Source: Gemmatimonadales bacterium
GTDB taxonomy: Bacteria > Gemmatimonadota > Gemmatimonadetes > Gemmatimonadales > GWC2-71-9
Reading direction: 5' to 3'
Assembly: GCA_025934955.1 (NCBI GenBank)
Contig: JAICWE010000009.1
Span: 2,913-66,912, forward strand
Length of the DNA stretch: 64,000 bases
Below, one piece after another: positions 8,904 to 20,484 of the stretch. Position numbers and translations under genes: made by a program. Below the pieces are notes generated by a model. It did no database searches. It had not been told where the DNA came from and saw nothing but the letters and a program-made list of their open reading frames with translations. Within the stretch, counting starts at the first letter, position 1; the number at the start of each line of letters is the position of its first letter.

Positions 8904-9782
8904 GTGACGGCGGCGCCGGGCGTCGCGATCGTCCACGTCTCCGACGTGCACTTCGGGCGGGACTGCGACTTGGTCCAGATCGAAGCGCTGGAGACCTTCT
9001 TCCCGACGTTAGGCGCGCAGGCGATCGCCCTCTCCGGCGACCTGAGCCAGCGGGCCCGGCACGGCGAGCTGCAGGCGGCGCACGCCTTCGTCCAGCGGCT
9101 CCGCGCCGTGCTGCCGACGCTGGTGATTCCGGGCAATCACGACGTGCAGTGGTGGGCCAGCCCGTTCGGCGTGCGCGGCTCGGCGCCGCTCTACCGGAAG
9201 TACCGCCGCTACTTCGGCGAGGAGCTGACGCCGACGCTCGCGATCCCCGGCGCGGTGCTCGCGAGCGCGCTCACCAGCTTCGGCGTGTCGCCGGGCTCGC
9301 TCACGCCGCGGCTCCGCGACATGGCGGTGAAGGGTCACCTGCCGCGGAGCGAGACGGACCGGGTGCGCGACATCTTCGCCAAGGCCCCGGCCGGCGCGGC
9401 GAAGGTGCTGGTGATGCACCACAACGTGCTGCCGGGAAAGATCTCGGAGCGGATGGGCCTGGCGCACTGGCGCGACGCGCAGCGACGGCTGCAGGAGACC
9501 GGTGCCGACGTCGTGCTCTGCGGCCACGATCATCAGGAGGGCGCCGGACAGGTGAGCGGACGCCTGGCGGTGAGCGCCGCCGGCACCCACACGACGCGGA
9601 CCCGCGGCCGCCGGCCGTCGGTGTTCAACGTGGTCCGGGTGGATCGCGACTCGGTGCACATCCAGCACTACCGCTGGGAGGCGCACGGCCGCCATTTCCT
9701 CCCGTCCGACCGCTACACCTTCATGCGCGGCGACCCCCGGCACGCCGCGGTCTCCGTGGCCGGTGGCGACCAGCCCCGCTGA
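8904..9782 (+). CDS. metallophosphoesterase (calcineurin-like)
   Basis: IVHVSDVHFG, LSGDLS, IPGNHD, VLVMHHN, VLCGHDH. All the canonical MPE metal-binding motifs are present. Confidence 0.9.
   Translation: MTAAPGVAIVHVSDVHFGRDCDLVQIEALETFFPTLGAQAIALSGDLSQRARHGELQAAHAFVQRLRAVLPTLVIPGNHDVQWWASPFGVRGSAPLYRKYRRYFGEELTPTLAIPGAVLASALTSFGVSPGSLTPRLRDMAVKGHLPRSETDRVRDIFAKAPAGAAKVLVMHHNVLPGKISERMGLAHWRDAQRRLQETGADVVLCGHDHQEGAGQVSGRLAVSAAGTHTTRTRGRRPSVFNVVRVDRDSVHIQHYRWEAHGRHFLPSDRYTFMRGDPRHAAVSVAGGDQPR
9007..9015 (+). repeat. CGTTAGGCG 9-mer copy 1
   Basis: In the metallophosphoesterase CDS, read ACG-TTA-GGC-GCG (T-L-G-A). Confidence 0.9.
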
Positions 9783-10479
9783 GCCGGTCTCGATCCACGA
9801 CGCGCCGGCGCGGGTGCTCGCCCATCGCCTCGGCGCGCTCGGCTTCCGGCCGGCGCGACTCACGGTCCACCACAATCGCACCGTGCTCTTCTCCCACTCG
9901 CCCGGCAAGGGACTGCGGATCCACGCCGGCTTCGCCCAGGCGCCGGACCGCGTGCTGCTCGCGGTGGTGCACTACCTCCGGCCGCGTGCCTCGCGGGACG
10001 AGCGGGCGGCGGCGCGGCGGGTGTTCCTCGGCTTCCCGGTCCACGAGCACGCGCCGCCGAGGTCGCCGGCGCGGCTCCGCCGCCCCGAGCGGATGCGACG
10101 CGGCGACGCGGAGATCATCGAGCGGCTGGAGGCGCTGCACGTCGAGCTGAACCAGCGGCACTTCGAAGGGCGGCTCGCGCGGCTGCCGATCCGGTTGAGC
10201 GGCCGCATGCGGAGTCGGCTCGGCGAGATCGCGCTCGCGCGGGAGGGCGGGCGGCCGTACGTGATCACGCTGTCGCGCCGCCACCTGGCGCGGGACGGTT
10301 GGGACGAGGTCGGGCATACGCTGCTGCACGAGATGGTGCACCAATGGCAGGCGGAAACCGGCCGCACCGTGGACCATGGCGGCGAGTTCCGCCGCAAGGC
10401 ACGGGTGGTCGGCATCACGCCGAGCGCGGTGCGGGCGATCGTGCGGGGCGGCGCGGCGGAGGGCGTCGGCACCGGTTGA
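9763..10479 (+). CDS. SprT-like zinc metalloprotease domain protein
   Basis: LNQRHFEGRL...RLSGRMRSRLGE...LLHEMVHQWQAETG...HGGEFRRKA. Overlaps the upstream gene by 20 nt. Confidence 0.8.
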   Translation: MATSPAEPVSIHDAPARVLAHRLGALGFRPARLTVHHNRTVLFSHSPGKGLRIHAGFAQAPDRVLLAVVHYLRPRASRDERAAARRVFLGFPVHEHAPPRSPARLRRPERMRRGDAEIIERLEALHVELNQRHFEGRLARLPIRLSGRMRSRLGEIALAREGGRPYVITLSRRHLARDGWDEVGHTLLHEMVHQWQAETGRTVDHGGEFRRKARVVGITPSAVRAIVRGGAAEGVGTG

Positions 10480-10558
10480 TTCCGCGGCTGCGACGACCGA
10501 CGTATCTTGCGTCAGCGCCAGGCCGGCGCGTTTGCATCCCCACCAGCTCGAGGCACGC

Positions 10559-13270
<2,712 letters not shown>

Positions 13271-13346
13271 GGGCATCCGTCACCGACACCGGCGCGGCGC
13301 CGCAGCGATCATCCGCTGTCACGCGCCGGCCTTCCCAGGAGACGAC

Positions 13347-14213
13347 ATGCGCTGGACCCCCGGTGGCCGCAGCTCCGACATCGACGACGAACGTGGCGCG
13401 ACGGGTGGCCGCGGCGGTTTCGGCGGCGGCGGCGGGATGCGCATCGGGCTGGGCGGCGCGGTCGTGCTGCTGGTGCTGAGTCTGGTCTTCCATCAGAACT
13501 TCTTCGCGCTGCTCGGTGGTGGCGGCGGCGGCCCGGCGGCGGCGCCGACCGGCCAGGCCGCGCCGGTCGCGAGCACGCCGGAGGAGGACAAGGAGGTACA
13601 GTTCGTCTCCTTCGTCCTCGATGACGCGCAGAAGACCTGGACCGACATCTTCCAGCGGGAAGGGCGGCAGTACCGCCATGCGCGGCTGGTGCTCTTCCGC
13701 GACGGAATCCAGAGCGCGTGCGGCTTCGCCGAGACCGCCATGGGGCCGTTCTACTGCCCCGGCGACGAGCGGGTGTACATCGACCTCGGCTTCTTCGACG
13801 AGCTGCGCCAGCGCTTCGGCGCCGACGGCGACTTCGCCCAGGCGTACGTCATCGCGCACGAGCTGGGACACCACGTGCAGAAGCTGCTCGGCACGGAGGC
13901 GAAGGTCCGCTCGCTGCAGGAGCGCGCACCGGACCAGGGCAACGCGCTGTCGGTCGCGCTCGAGCTTCAGGCCGACTGCTACGCCGGCGTGTGGGGCCAC
14001 TCGACCCAGCAACGGCAGATCCTGGAGCAGGGCGACATGCAGGAAGGTCTCAACGCCGCCGCGGCGGTCGGCGATGACCGGATCCAGCGGATGTCCGGGC
14101 AGGGCATCCACCCCGAGAGCTTCACCCACGGCACCTCGGCCCAGCGCACCCAGTGGTTCAAGCGCGGCTTCGACAGCGGCCGGCCGGAGGATTGCGATAC
14201 CTTCGGACGCTGA
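13347..14213 (+). CDS. ypfJ: YpfJ family neutral zinc metallopeptidase
   Basis: Near-collinear with E. coli YpfJ as I recall it: MRW...GPFYCPGDERVYIDLGFFDEL..GADGDFAQAYVIAHELGHHVQKLLG...LELQADCYAGVWGH...SFTHGTSAQRTQWFKRGFDSG. Confidence 0.95.
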   Translation: MRWTPGGRSSDIDDERGATGGRGGFGGGGGMRIGLGGAVVLLVLSLVFHQNFFALLGGGGGGPAAAPTGQAAPVASTPEEDKEVQFVSFVLDDAQKTWTDIFQREGRQYRHARLVLFRDGIQSACGFAETAMGPFYCPGDERVYIDLGFFDELRQRFGADGDFAQAYVIAHELGHHVQKLLGTEAKVRSLQERAPDQGNALSVALELQADCYAGVWGHSTQQRQILEQGDMQEGLNAAAAVGDDRIQRMSGQGIHPESFTHGTSAQRTQWFKRGFDSGRPEDCDTFGR

Positions 14214-14285
14214 CGCGCCGGCTCGCGCCGGTCGCGCGGCGCGATCCACCGCGCTAGCTTGAGACCGTTTCCTCACGGACGGTCG

Positions 14286-15095
14286 ATGTCATCCCCCAAC
14301 TTGTCGGTCCAGTCGGACAACCCGGTTCCGGGTGCATCACGGGCGCGCGGCTACCTCGTCGCGTTCGGGCTCGTGGTGCTTGCCACGCTGCTCCGCGTCG
14401 GCATCGTGGACCCCCTCGTCGGGGACCGGCTGCCTTACATCACGTTTTTCGCCGCCGTGTTCGCCGTCGCCTGGTACGGCGCGCCCGGCCCGACGCTGTT
14501 TGCCGTCGTGCTGAGCGCGCTCGCGGCGGCGCTGCTGGTGCTCCGGCCGCTCGCATCGCAGGGCGGGCCCGCGCTGGCGCTTCCCGGCACCGCGCTCTTC
14601 CTCGCCGTCGGTCTCGGCGTCGCCGCGCTGGCTGAGGCGCGCCGGCGCTCCGCGGCGCGTCTGCGGGCGGAGCTGGAGGAGAACCAGCGGCTCCGGCAGG
14701 TGGCGGAGGACACCGCGGTCGAGGCGGAGAATGCCGTCGCCGAGGCGGAGGAGTCGCTGGACCAGCTGCTCGAGGCGGAGCAGGAGCTGCGGGCCAGCGA
14801 GGAGCGGCTGCGGGCGGCGCTGCGCATCGTGCCGCTCGGCGTGTTCACCCAGGACCGGGAACTGCGCTACACCTGGTACGAGAACTCGCTGGACGACGGC
14901 CGCGGGCCGGCGGTCGTCGGCCGGCGGGACACCGATCTGCTGGAGCCGCCCGATGCCGCGACGATCGAGCGGATCAAGCGGGCGGTGCTCGAAGCGGTCG
15001 CGGCAGCCGGCAGCTGGTGGAGGAGAGCCGCGACGGCGATCGCCGCGCCTACGACCTCACGCTGGAGCCGCTGCGCGATCGCGCCGGCGCGGTGA
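14286..15095 (+). CDS. hybrid sensor histidine kinase, N-terminal fragment (DUF4118-like membrane region, coiled coil, first half of PAS); interrupted by frameshift
   Basis: ATG 14286 in ORF 14259..15095. TM segments (YLVAFGLVVLATLL, ITFFAAVFAVAWY...). Then RLRAALRIVPLGVFTQDRELRYTWYENSL...ATIERIKRAVLE, after which the frame degenerates into AVAAAGSWWRRAATAIAAPTTSRWSRCAIAPAR. Confidence 0.7.
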   Translation: MSSPNLSVQSDNPVPGASRARGYLVAFGLVVLATLLRVGIVDPLVGDRLPYITFFAAVFAVAWYGAPGPTLFAVVLSALAAALLVLRPLASQGGPALALPGTALFLAVGLGVAALAEARRRSAARLRAELEENQRLRQVAEDTAVEAENAVAEAEESLDQLLEAEQELRASEERLRAALRIVPLGVFTQDRELRYTWYENSLDDGRGPAVVGRRDTDLLEPPDAATIERIKRAVLEAVAAAGSWWRRAATAIAAPTTSRWSRCAIAPAR

Positions 15096-16303
15096 TCGGC
15101 CTGGTCGGCGCGACGTACGACGTCACCGAGCGGCGCCGGCGCGACGCCCGGGAGCAGGAGGCCCGGCGGCTCGAGGCGATCGGCCGGCTGGCGGGCGGCG
15201 TCGCCCACGAGGCCAACAACCAGATGAGCGTGGTGCTCGGGGCCGCGCACTTCCTGCTCGCCGACGCCGAGCTGTCGCCCTCCGCGCGGTCCGACGCCGA
15301 CCAGATTCGCCGCGCGGCGGAGCGGACGGCGGCGGTCACCGCGCAACTCCTCGCCTTCGGCCGCCGCCAGCTGCTTCATGCCGCGCCGCTCGACGTGGGC
15401 ACCCTGGTCACGACTTTCCTGCCGGTCATCCGCCGCAGCGTCGGCGCCGGAATCGGCGTGGAGGCGACGGTCGCGGAGGGCGTCCGCGTCGTGGCCGATG
15501 CCGGCCAGCTGGAGCAGGTGCTGCTCAATCTCGCGCTCAACTCGCGCGACGCGCTGCCGCACGGCGGACGCATCGAGGTGCGGGTGGACACCGCCAGCGT
15601 CGGCACCAGTCGCACGGCGCCGAGCGGCGGCGAGGCCGTTCCGGCCGGCCGCTACGCGCGGATTCAAGTGGAGGACGACGGCGCCGGCATGAGCCGCGAG
15701 ACGCTGGCCCGCGTGTTCGAGCCGTTCTTCACCACCAAGGAGGTCGGCAAGGGGACCGGGCTCGGGCTCGCGATGGTGTACGGTATCGTCAGGCAGAGCG
15801 GCGGCTACATCCTCGCGACCAGCGCGCCGGGCGAAGGCGCGTGCTTCGAGATCTTTCTGCCGCTCACCGAGGCGGAGCTGGTCTCGAGCGATGCGGCCGC
15901 CGTGTCGCGCGCGCCGGGCGCGGAGCGGGTGCTGGTGGTGGACGATGACGCCGGGGTGCTCGCCGTCGCGACGCGCGCGCTGACCGAGTCGGGCTACGCC
16001 GTGGTGGCGGTGTCGAGCGCGGAGGCGGCGCTGCCGCAGACCGGGCATGCCGCGCGGGCCGAGCAGCCGTTCGCGATCGTCGTCTCCGACCTGATCCTGG
16101 GCGGGATGGACGGAGCGGCGCTGCTGATGCGGCTCTCCCACGAGGCGCCCGCGACGCGGGTGCTGCTCATGTCCGGCTTCGCCGACGAGGCGCGGCGCCG
16201 GGCGGCCGAGACGCAGCCGTACCCCGTTCTGCTCAAGCCGTTCGCGCCGGACGAGCTGCTGCAGCGGGTCCGGGAGTCACTGGACGGAGCGCTGGTGGAG
16301 TAA
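15017..16303 (+). CDS. hybrid sensor histidine kinase, C-terminal fragment (second half of PAS, HisKA, HATPase_c, REC)
   Basis: RRAYDLTLEPLRDRAGAVIGLVGATYDVTERRR (PAS end), LAGGVAHEANNQM (H-box), NLALNSRDA (N-box), DDGAGM, GTGLGLAMVYGIV (G-boxes), VLVVDDD...VVSDLILGGMDG...LLKPF (receiver). Confidence 0.85.
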   Translation: MEESRDGDRRAYDLTLEPLRDRAGAVIGLVGATYDVTERRRRDAREQEARRLEAIGRLAGGVAHEANNQMSVVLGAAHFLLADAELSPSARSDADQIRRAAERTAAVTAQLLAFGRRQLLHAAPLDVGTLVTTFLPVIRRSVGAGIGVEATVAEGVRVVADAGQLEQVLLNLALNSRDALPHGGRIEVRVDTASVGTSRTAPSGGEAVPAGRYARIQVEDDGAGMSRETLARVFEPFFTTKEVGKGTGLGLAMVYGIVRQSGGYILATSAPGEGACFEIFLPLTEAELVSSDAAAVSRAPGAERVLVVDDDAGVLAVATRALTESGYAVVAVSSAEAALPQTGHAARAEQPFAIVVSDLILGGMDGAALLMRLSHEAPATRVLLMSGFADEARRRAAETQPYPVLLKPFAPDELLQRVRESLDGALVE

Positions 16304-16339
16304 CGCGGCGGCGCCCTGCGGGACGCCCTTCCCCCGACT

Positions 16340-17575
16340 ATGTTCCCCGCAAAACCGACCCCGACCGAGGCCCCGATGGCGACCGCAGCGGCGACGTCCA
16401 CCTTCACCGGCGTGGACTTCCTCAACTTCGACTCGCTCCTCTCCGAGGAAGAGCGCGCGGTGCGCGACACCGTGCGGACCTGGGTGGACGAGAACCTCGT
16501 CCCGGTCATCGGCGACGCCTACGTCGAAGGCAAGTTCCCCAAGCAGCTCATTCCCGGCATGGCCGAGCTCGGCCTCTACGGCGCCAACCTGCCGGAGGAG
16601 TACGGCTGCGCCGGGCTCAACAACGTCGCCTACGGGCTGATCATGCAGGAGCTGGAGCGGGGCGACTCGGGCATCCGCTCCTTCGCGTCGGTGCAGGGCG
16701 GGCTGGTTATGTACCCGATCTTCGCCCTCGGCAGCGACGAGCAGAAGAAGAAATGGCTGCCGCTGCTCGCGTCGGGCCAGGAGATCGGCTGCTTCGGGTT
16801 GACCGAGCCGGACTACGGCTCCAACCCGGGCGGCATGATCACCACCGCGCGCGAGACCGCCGACGGATGGGTGCTGAACGGCGTGAAGATGTGGATCACC
16901 AACGGCAGCCAGGCGACGGTCTCGATCATCTGGGCCAAGACCGGTGACGTGAAGGACCCGAAGAGCATCCGCGGCTTCATCGTGCCGACCGACGCCAGGG
17001 GCTACGCGGCACGCGATCAGAAGGGAAAGCTCTCACTCCGCGCCAGCGACACCTCGGAAATCCACCTCGAGGACTGCGTCGTTCCCAGGGACGCGCTGCT
17101 GCCCGGGTCCGGGGGCATCAAGAGCCCGCTCATGTGCCTGACGCAGGCGCGCTACGGCATCGCATGGGGCGCGATCGGCGCGGCGATGGCGTGCTACGAC
17201 GAAGCGCTGCGTTACGCCGGCCAGCGCGTGATGTTCGATCGTCCGATCGCGGCGACGCAGATCCAGCAGGTGCGCCTGGTGGACATGCTGACCGAGATCA
17301 CCAAGGCGCAGTTCATGACGCTGCAGCTGGGCCGGCTCAAGGATGCGGGCACGATGACGCCGGACCAGGTGTCGCTCTGCAAGCGGAACAACGTGGACAT
17401 GGCGACCGACGTCGCCCGCGAGGCGCGGCGGCTGCTCGGCGCCAACGGCATCCTCGCCGAGTACCACTCGATGCGCCACATGGCGAACCTCGAGTCGGTC
17501 TACACCTACGAGGGCACCCACGACATGCACTCGCTGATCGTGGGGCAGTCGATCACGGGTCATCCGGCGTTCTGA
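16340..17575 (+). CDS. gcdH: glutaryl-CoA dehydrogenase (acyl-CoA dehydrogenase family)
   Basis: GCFGLTEPDYGSNPGGM, WITNG, YEGTHDMHSLIVGQSITG. Length and blocks are typical of GCDH. Alternative start ATG 16376. Confidence 0.9.
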   Translation: MFPAKPTPTEAPMATAAATSTFTGVDFLNFDSLLSEEERAVRDTVRTWVDENLVPVIGDAYVEGKFPKQLIPGMAELGLYGANLPEEYGCAGLNNVAYGLIMQELERGDSGIRSFASVQGGLVMYPIFALGSDEQKKKWLPLLASGQEIGCFGLTEPDYGSNPGGMITTARETADGWVLNGVKMWITNGSQATVSIIWAKTGDVKDPKSIRGFIVPTDARGYAARDQKGKLSLRASDTSEIHLEDCVVPRDALLPGSGGIKSPLMCLTQARYGIAWGAIGAAMACYDEALRYAGQRVMFDRPIAATQIQQVRLVDMLTEITKAQFMTLQLGRLKDAGTMTPDQVSLCKRNNVDMATDVAREARRLLGANGILAEYHSMRHMANLESVYTYEGTHDMHSLIVGQSITGHPAF

Positions 17576-17609
17576 CGCCGCTCGCGGCGGACCACGCTAT
17601 CGTTCGGCG

Positions 17610-19769
17610 ATGATCCGCCTCCCGCTTGTTTCGTTCCTGATCGCGGCGTCGCTCCTCGGGGCGGCGCCGCTGGTTGCGCAGCAGCCCGATACCGCGCGCC
17701 GGGTCACGCGCGATTCCGTGGTCGAGCTCTCGCCGGTCGAGGTGACCGGGACCATCGCGCCGACCGCGTCGCCCAAGATCGGCTCGGGGGTGCCGGCGCG
17801 GATTTCGGTGATCAGCGGCGACGAGATCGATGCGTGGGAGCCGCGCCTCCTGACCGACGCGCTGCAGACCCAGGCGGGCTTTTCGCTCTACGACGACTTC
17901 GGCTCGCCCTACAAGACGTCGCTGGTCACCCGCGGCTTCTCGGCCGGCCCGATCCTCGGCCTGCCGCAGGGCGTGTCGGTGTTCCTCGACGGCGTGCGGC
18001 AGAACGAGCCCGACGCGGCGGAGGTGAACTTCGACCTGCTGCCGCTGGAGCACGTGAAGCGGGTGGAGTTCCTCCACGGCACCGCCTCGCTGCTCGGGCC
18101 GAATTCGTTAGGCGGCGCGATCAACCTGGTGACCGAGCGGGGCCAGGGGCCGCTCTCGGGCGACCTCGAGGTGTCGGGCGGAACGTACGGCCAGGCCAGC
18201 GTCGAGGGCTCGGTGGGCGGATCGGGCACGGCGGGCGACTACTACCTGGCCGGCGGCTTCGAGCGGGAAGACGGCTGGCGCGATGCCACCAACGCGCGGA
18301 ACGGCGACGTCTTCTTCAACCTGGGCCACACCCGTCCCGACCGCGGCCTCACGTTGCAGGGGCTCTACAGCCAGAGCCACGTGATGGCGGCGGGGAGCCT
18401 GCCCGAGGAGCTGTTCGCGACGGCGCCGCGCACCAACTTCACCCCCGGCGACCTCGACGACATCCGGCAGATCCAGGGCACCGTCTCCGCCTACCGCATC
18501 CTCGGCTCGACCCGGCTCTCGGCGACGGTGTATCACCGGCGCACCGACAGCGACCGCTTCAACGTCAATCAGGCGCCCGATCCCGACGTGCGGAGCGCGA
18601 CGGCCAACCGCACCGTCGGCGGGAACTTCGACGTGCGGCACGGCATGACCGTGGGCCAGCTGCCGCTGGCGCTCCGCGCCGGGGTCGACGGTACGGTGAA
18701 CCGGGTCGGCGTCAACATCTTCAATCAGTCGCCCGCCGACACGGTGGAGACGACATCGGTGAAGAGCCCGGGCTGGGACGTGTCCGGCTACGGCATCGCC
18801 GACCTCACCGCCGGCCGAGTGACGTTCTCCGCCGGACTCCGCTACGACTATATCCGCGTCCCGTTTCAGGACCTGCTCGATCCGTCGGCCGACACCACGA
18901 GCCACTTCAACCGCGCCAGCCCGCGCGGCGGCGTCAGCGTGGACCTGGGCGGCGGCGCGTCGCTGTACGGCTCGGTGGGACAGAGCTTCCGCGCTCCGGC
19001 GCTGCTGGAACTCACCTGCGCCGATGCCACCGCGCCGTGTCCGCTGCCGTTCGCGCTGGGCGACGACCCGCCGCTCAAGCCGGTGATCGCGACGAGCTAC
19101 GAAGTCGGCGGCAAGTGGGCGGCGGGGCGCGCCTCGGTGGATTTCTCGGCGTATCGCACCGACGTGCGGGACGACATCTTCTTCGTCGCGTCGGACGCGG
19201 CGCTGTTCGAGGGCTTCTTCAGCAACATCGGTCCCACCCGGCGCGACGGCGTCGAGGTCGGCGCCAACTACACGCTGTCGTCCCGCGTGTCGCTGTACGC
19301 CAACTACGCCTGGACCCATGCGACATTCCGCGCCGCGTCCGACCTGTTTTCGCCGCGGAGCGCCGCGGACCCGTCGAGTCCGATCTTCGGCCCCAACGAC
19401 GTTCAGCCGGGTGACGAGCTGCCGCTGGTTCCGCGACATCAGGCGCGGGCCGGCGCGCGGATCGGGCTGCCGGCGGGGTTCGAGACCGGCGTGGATGCGC
19501 GCTACGTCGGCACCCGCTGGCTCCGGGGCGACGAGGCGAACGAGACGACCAAGCTGCCGGACTATCTCGTCGCCGACGTGCGCGTGGCGTGGCGGGGCGG
19601 ACCGTGGGGCGTGAGCGCGATCGCGAGCAACGTGTGGGACCACCGCTATCCGACCTTCGGCACCTTCAACACCAACCGGCAGACCGACACGGTCGAGCGT
19701 TTCCTCACACCGGGGCTGCCGTTCCAGCTCCGGCTCCGGATCGAGCGGAACTTCGGGGCGGGGCAGTAG
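17610..19769 (+). CDS. TonB-dependent receptor
   Basis: Signal peptide, plug domain (ELSPVEVTGT...ISVISGDEI..., RGFS...VFLDGVRQNEP, GGAINLVT). Beta-barrel with a C-terminal aromatic-rich strand. Confidence 0.9.
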   Translation: MIRLPLVSFLIAASLLGAAPLVAQQPDTARRVTRDSVVELSPVEVTGTIAPTASPKIGSGVPARISVISGDEIDAWEPRLLTDALQTQAGFSLYDDFGSPYKTSLVTRGFSAGPILGLPQGVSVFLDGVRQNEPDAAEVNFDLLPLEHVKRVEFLHGTASLLGPNSLGGAINLVTERGQGPLSGDLEVSGGTYGQASVEGSVGGSGTAGDYYLAGGFEREDGWRDATNARNGDVFFNLGHTRPDRGLTLQGLYSQSHVMAAGSLPEELFATAPRTNFTPGDLDDIRQIQGTVSAYRILGSTRLSATVYHRRTDSDRFNVNQAPDPDVRSATANRTVGGNFDVRHGMTVGQLPLALRAGVDGTVNRVGVNIFNQSPADTVETTSVKSPGWDVSGYGIADLTAGRVTFSAGLRYDYIRVPFQDLLDPSADTTSHFNRASPRGGVSVDLGGGASLYGSVGQSFRAPALLELTCADATAPCPLPFALGDDPPLKPVIATSYEVGGKWAAGRASVDFSAYRTDVRDDIFFVASDAALFEGFFSNIGPTRRDGVEVGANYTLSSRVSLYANYAWTHATFRAASDLFSPRSAADPSSPIFGPNDVQPGDELPLVPRHQARAGARIGLPAGFETGVDARYVGTRWLRGDEANETTKLPDYLVADVRVAWRGGPWGVSAIASNVWDHRYPTFGTFNTNRQTDTVERFLTPGLPFQLRLRIERNFGAGQ
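18106..18114 (+). repeat. CGTTAGGCG 9-mer copy 4
   Basis: In the TonB-dependent receptor CDS, TCG-TTA-GGC-GGC (S-L-G-G). Confidence 0.9.
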
Positions 19770-19772
19770 CGC

Positions 19773-20423
19773 ATGGATCCGGCGCGGCTGTTCGCGGCGC
19801 GACCGTCCACCCGCGCGGAGGAGATCGCCAACGCGCTGAGTCACGGGCTCGGCCTGGCGGCGAGCGCGGCGGCGCTTCCGCTGCTGCTGGCCACCGCCCT
19901 CCGGCACGGAGGGTGGAGCGGCGTCGGCGCCGGCGTGTTCGCGGCGAGCGTGGTACTGCTCTATCTCGCCTCCACGCTGTACCACACGGCCCGCAGGCCG
20001 CGGGCGCGGCGGGTGCTCCAGCGGGTCGATCACGCGGCGATCTACCTGCTGATCGCCGGCACCTACACGCCGTTTCTGCTCGGGCCGCTGCGCGGCGCGT
20101 GGGGCTGGACGCTGCTCATCGCGGTGTGGACGGTGGCGCTCGGGGGGCTCGCGCTCAAGGCGACGGGGCGGCTCCAGCATCGCGGCCGTTCGCTGAGCCT
20201 GTACCTCGGACTCGGCTGGCTGGCGGTAGTGGCGGTGGTGCCGCTCTGGCGCGCGCTGCCGGGCTCGGCGCTCCTCTGGCTCGCCGCCGGCGGGCTGGCC
20301 TATACTGCGGGCGTGCTCTTCTTCGCACTCGAGCGGATGCGATTCGGGCACCTGGTGTGGCACGGCTGCGTGCTGGCGGGCACCGCGTGTCACTACGTCG
20401 CCGTCCTGCGATACGCCGCCTGA
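19773..20423 (+). CDS. hemolysin III / PAQR family channel protein
   Basis: EEIANALSHGLG, ASTLYH, VDHAAIYLLIAGTYTPF, seven TM segments, HLVWHGCVLAGTACHY. Confidence 0.9.
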   Translation: MDPARLFAARPSTRAEEIANALSHGLGLAASAAALPLLLATALRHGGWSGVGAGVFAASVVLLYLASTLYHTARRPRARRVLQRVDHAAIYLLIAGTYTPFLLGPLRGAWGWTLLIAVWTVALGGLALKATGRLQHRGRSLSLYLGLGWLAVVAVVPLWRALPGSALLWLAAGGLAYTAGVLFFALERMRFGHLVWHGCVLAGTACHYVAVLRYAA

Positions 20424-20484
20424 GCGCCGAGCTCCGCGGCTGCTGCTAGCGGGGTTCTCCGGCGGCAGGTACTATCTCGCTGTC

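Noticed and set aside
17576-17609. Riboswitch (for example cobalamin) upstream of the TonB-dependent receptor
   Set aside because: The spacer is only 34 nt, which is far too short for any known riboswitch.
18108-20393. 761-aa minus-strand ORF antisense to the TonB receptor and hemolysin III genes
   Set aside because: Arg/Glu/Pro-rich shadow frame with no recognisable motifs. Both sense-strand genes have strong family signatures.
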